From: Nemertoderma westbladi
Lineage: Eukaryota > Animalia > Xenacoelomorpha
Reading direction: 5' to 3'
Assembly: GCA_032718475.1 (NCBI GenBank)
Contig: JAUCBJ010002507.1
Location: 1-52,409, forward strand
Length of the DNA stretch: 52,409 bases
Part shown: positions 48,901 through 52,409 of the stretch, in pieces
Layout: the number at the start of each line of letters is the position of its first letter
Numbering within the stretch: the first letter of the stretch is position 1
The notes under the pieces: generated by a model
Databases searched by the model: none
Seen by the model: only the letters and a program-made list of their open reading frames with translations
What the model was told of the DNA's origin: nothing
Position numbers and translations under genes: made by a program

Positions 48901-51900
48901 GCCTACCAAACCTGTTATATCTCCTGCCATACCTGTTATATCCCGTACCATACCTGTTAATCCTCTACTAGACCTGTTATATCCCCTACCAAACCTGTTA
49001 TATATCCTGCCATACCTGTTATATCTCCTGCCATACCTGTTATATCGCCTACCAAACATGTTATATCTCCTGTCAGACCTGTTATATATCTCCTGCCATA
49101 CCTGTTATATCTCCTGCCATACCTATATATCCCCTACCAAACCTGTTATATATCCTGCCATAACTTTTATATCCCCTACCAGATCTGTTATATCCCCTAC
49201 CATACCTATTATATCCCCCACCAGACCTGTTATATCTCCTGCCATACCTGCTATATCCTCTACCAGACCTGTTATATCCCCTACCAGACCTGTTATATCC
49301 CCTACCATACCTGTTATATGTCCTGCCATACATGTTATATCTCCTGTCATACCTGTTATATCTCCTGCCATACCTATATATCCCCTACCAAACCTGTTAT
49401 ATATCCTGCCATGCCTGTTATATCGCCTACCAAACCTGTTATATCTCCTGCCATAACTGTTATATCCCCTACCATACCTGTTATATATCCTGCCATACCT
49501 GTTATATCGCCTACCAAACTTATTATATCTCCTGCCATACCTGTTATATCCCGTACCATACCTGTAAATCCTATACTAGACCTGTTATATCCCCTACCAT
49601 ACCTATTATATCCCCCACCAGACCTGTTATATCTCCTGCCATACCTGCTATATCCTCTACCAGACCTGTTATATCCCCTACCAGACCTGTTATATCCCCT
49701 ACCATACCTGTTATATGTCCTGCCATACATGTTATATCTCCTGTCATACCTGTTATATCTCCTGCCATACCTATATATCCCCTACCAAACCTGTTATATA
49801 TCCTGCCATAACTTTTATATCCCCTACCAGATCTGTTATATCCCCTACCATACCTGTTATATGTCCTGCCATACATGTTATATCTCCTGCCATAACTGAT
49901 ATATCCCCTGCCATACCTTTATATATCCTGCCATACCTGTTATATCCCCTGCCATACCTGTTATATATCCTGCCATACATGTAATATCGCCTACCAAACC
50001 TGTTATATCTCCTGCCATAACTGTTATATCCCCTACCATACCTGTTATATATCCTGCCATACCTGTTATATCGCCTACCAAACTTATTATATCTCCTGCC
50101 ATACCTGTTATATCCCGTACCATACCTGTAAATCCTATACTAGACCTGTTATATCCCCTACCATACCTATTATATCCCCCACCAGACCTGTTATATCTCC
50201 TGCCATACCTGCTATATCCTCTACCAGACCTGTTATATCCCCTACCAGACCTGTTATATCCCCTACCATACCTGTTATATGTCCTGCCATACATGTTATA
50301 TCTCCTGTCATACCTGTTAGGGGCCGTCCAAGTATGACGTCAGCAATTTAGGGGGGGGAGGGGGGTTGGGAAAATCTGATGACGTGCTGATGAGGGGAGG
50401 GGAGGGGGTCAGCCAAAATCTGACGTCAGCATGTTCATTTATAGGTGCTAGAAGATATATAGCAGAAGAGTAAATAGCTTGCTATTTTAATTGTTCGAAG
50501 CCCCCGAAGGACCGTAGCACAACCTTCTGTTTCAGTTTCCAGTCACCATGTTTCAGTGATTAGGACGCGTGCTACTGGGGTACTGCGGTACTGGGTCGCC
50601 TGAAAATGAAACATCTTCATAATAAAAAAAATAAAATAAAAAAATTGTTGTAATAAACTATTAAGTTTATTACAAATTTTTTTTTAATCTGATTTAGGGG
50701 GGGGGGGGGGGTCAACGCCTATCTGATGACATCTGATTTAGGGGAGGGAGGGGGTCAACATTTTGGGGAAAAGTGCAGACGTCATACTTGGACGGCCCCT
50801 TATATCTCCTGCCATACCTATATATCCCCTACCAAACCTGTTATATATCCTGCCATGCCTGTTATATCGCCTACCAAACCTATTATATATCCTGCCATAC
50901 CTGTTATATCCCGTACCATACCTGTAAATCCTCTACTACACCTGTTATATCCCCTACCATACCTATTATATCCCCTACCACACCTGTTATATCCCCTACC
51001 AGACCTGTTATATCCCCTACCATACCTGTTATATCTCCTGCCATACCTGTTATATCTCCTGCCATACCTATATATCCCCTACCAAACCTGTTATATATCC
51101 TGCCATGCCTGTTATATCGCCTACCAAACCTGTTATATCTCCTGCCATACCTGTTATATCCCGTACCATACCTGTTAATCCTCTACTAGACCTGTTATAT
51201 CCCCTACCATACCTATTATATCCCCTACCACACCTGTTATATCCCCTACGAGACCTGTTATATCCCCTACCATACCTGTTATATGTCCTGCCATACATGT
51301 TATATCTCCTGCCATACCTGTTATATCTCCTGCCATCTATATATCCCCTACCAAACCTGTTATATATCCTGCCATAACTTTTATATCCCCTACCAGACCT
51401 GTTATATCCCCTACCATACCTGTTATATGTCCTGCGATACCTGTTATATCTCCTGCCATACCTATATATCGCCTACCAAACCTGTTATATCTCCTGCCAT
51501 AACTGTTATATCCCCTGCCATACCTTTATATCTCCTGCCATACCTGTTATATCCCCTACCATACCTGTTATATCCCCTACCATACCTGTTATATATCCTG
51601 CCATACCTGTTATATCGCCTACCAAACCTGTTATATCTCCTGCCATAACTGTTACATCCCCTACCATACCTGTTATAAATCCTGCCATACCTGTTATATC
51701 GCCTACCAAACCTGTTATATCCCGTGCCATACCTGTTAAATCCCGTGCCATACCTGTTAAATCCCGTGCCATACCTGTTAAATCCCGTGCCATACCTGTT
51801 AAATCTCGTGCCATACCTGTTATATCCCGTGCCATACCTGTTATATCTCCTGCCATACCTGTTATATCTCCTACCATACCTGTTATATATCCTGCCATAC

Positions 51901-52400
51901 CTGTTATATCCCCTACCATATCTGTTATATCTCCTGCCATACCTGTTATATATCCTGCCATACCTGTTATATCCCCTACCATACCTGTTATATCTCCTGC
52001 CATACCTGTTATATCCCCTACCATACCTGTTATATCTCCTGCCATACCTGTTATATATCCTGCCATACCTGTTATATCGCCTACCAAACCTGTTATATCT
52101 CCTGCCATAACTGTTATATCCCCTACCATACCTGTTATATATCCTGCCATACCTGTTATATCGCCTACCAAACCTGTTATATCCCGTGCCATACCTGTTA
52201 AATCCCGTGCCATACCTGTTAAATCCCGTGCCATACCTGTTAAATCTCGTGCCATACCTGTTATATCCCGTGCCATACCTGTTATATCTACTGCCATACC
52301 TGTTAAACATCCTGCCATACCTGTTATATCGCCTACCAAACCAGTTAAATCCCGTGCCATACCTGTTATATCCCCTACCATACCTGTTATATCCCTGTCA
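45968..52400 (+). repeat. 21-bp satellite (CCATACCTGTTATATCYCCTR) with a 1734-bp higher-order repeat
   Basis: Period visible; rare variants recur at +1734 (e.g. AACATGTTATATCTCCTGTCAGACC at 47321 and 49055), and many ORF-track entries recur at the same offset. Confidence 0.97.
50320..50799. mobile_element. PIF/Harbinger (Tourist-like) MITE, 480 bp, TSD TTA, inserted in the satellite
   Basis: tta|GGGGCCGTCCAAGTATGACGTC ... GACGTCATACTTGGACGGCCCC|tta (22-bp perfect TIR); removing it restores an intact satellite unit. Confidence 0.93.
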
Positions 52401-52409
52401 TACTGTCGT

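Noticed and set aside
45978-52381. Many Tyr/Pro/Cys/Gly-rich repetitive ORFs
   Set aside because: Open frames on both strands arise from a 21-bp satellite with frequent frame-breaking 19/20-bp units.

Overview
Repeat-rich metazoan genomic DNA, probably an invertebrate bilaterian (inference); it is not prokaryotic. It holds the 3' ends of two convergent spliced genes. On the + strand are the last five coding exons of an LRP2/megalin-like LDL-receptor family gene (792-4311: EGF, EGF, TM, NPxY/PPxY tail). On the - strand are the last three detectable exons of a TRIM37-like gene (26874-30827), whose next upstream intron seems to run past the window end. The rest is mobile DNA and tandem arrays: a decayed BEL/Pao retrotransposon, a young full-length BEL/Pao element with unusually long LTRs nested in an RTE-like LINE tail, a CRE-like fragment in frame with a TRIM37 exon, several MITEs and foldbacks, tRNA-derived repeats, and satellites of 21-68 bp. 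The most striking object is a non-coding mobile element present in two near-identical, oppositely oriented copies (19954-22104 +, 43638-45204 -). Its ~146-bp tandem subunits each keep a CTCF-consensus core (CCGCTAGAGGGC), many with an upstream TGCAGT-like module. This gives arrays of 13 and 9 co-oriented sites that face each other across ~21.5 kb, a candidate 'portable insulator array'. Also notable: two LRP2 intronic minisatellites are amplifications of the exon-intron junctions themselves. All calls come from reading the sequence; no database searches were run.
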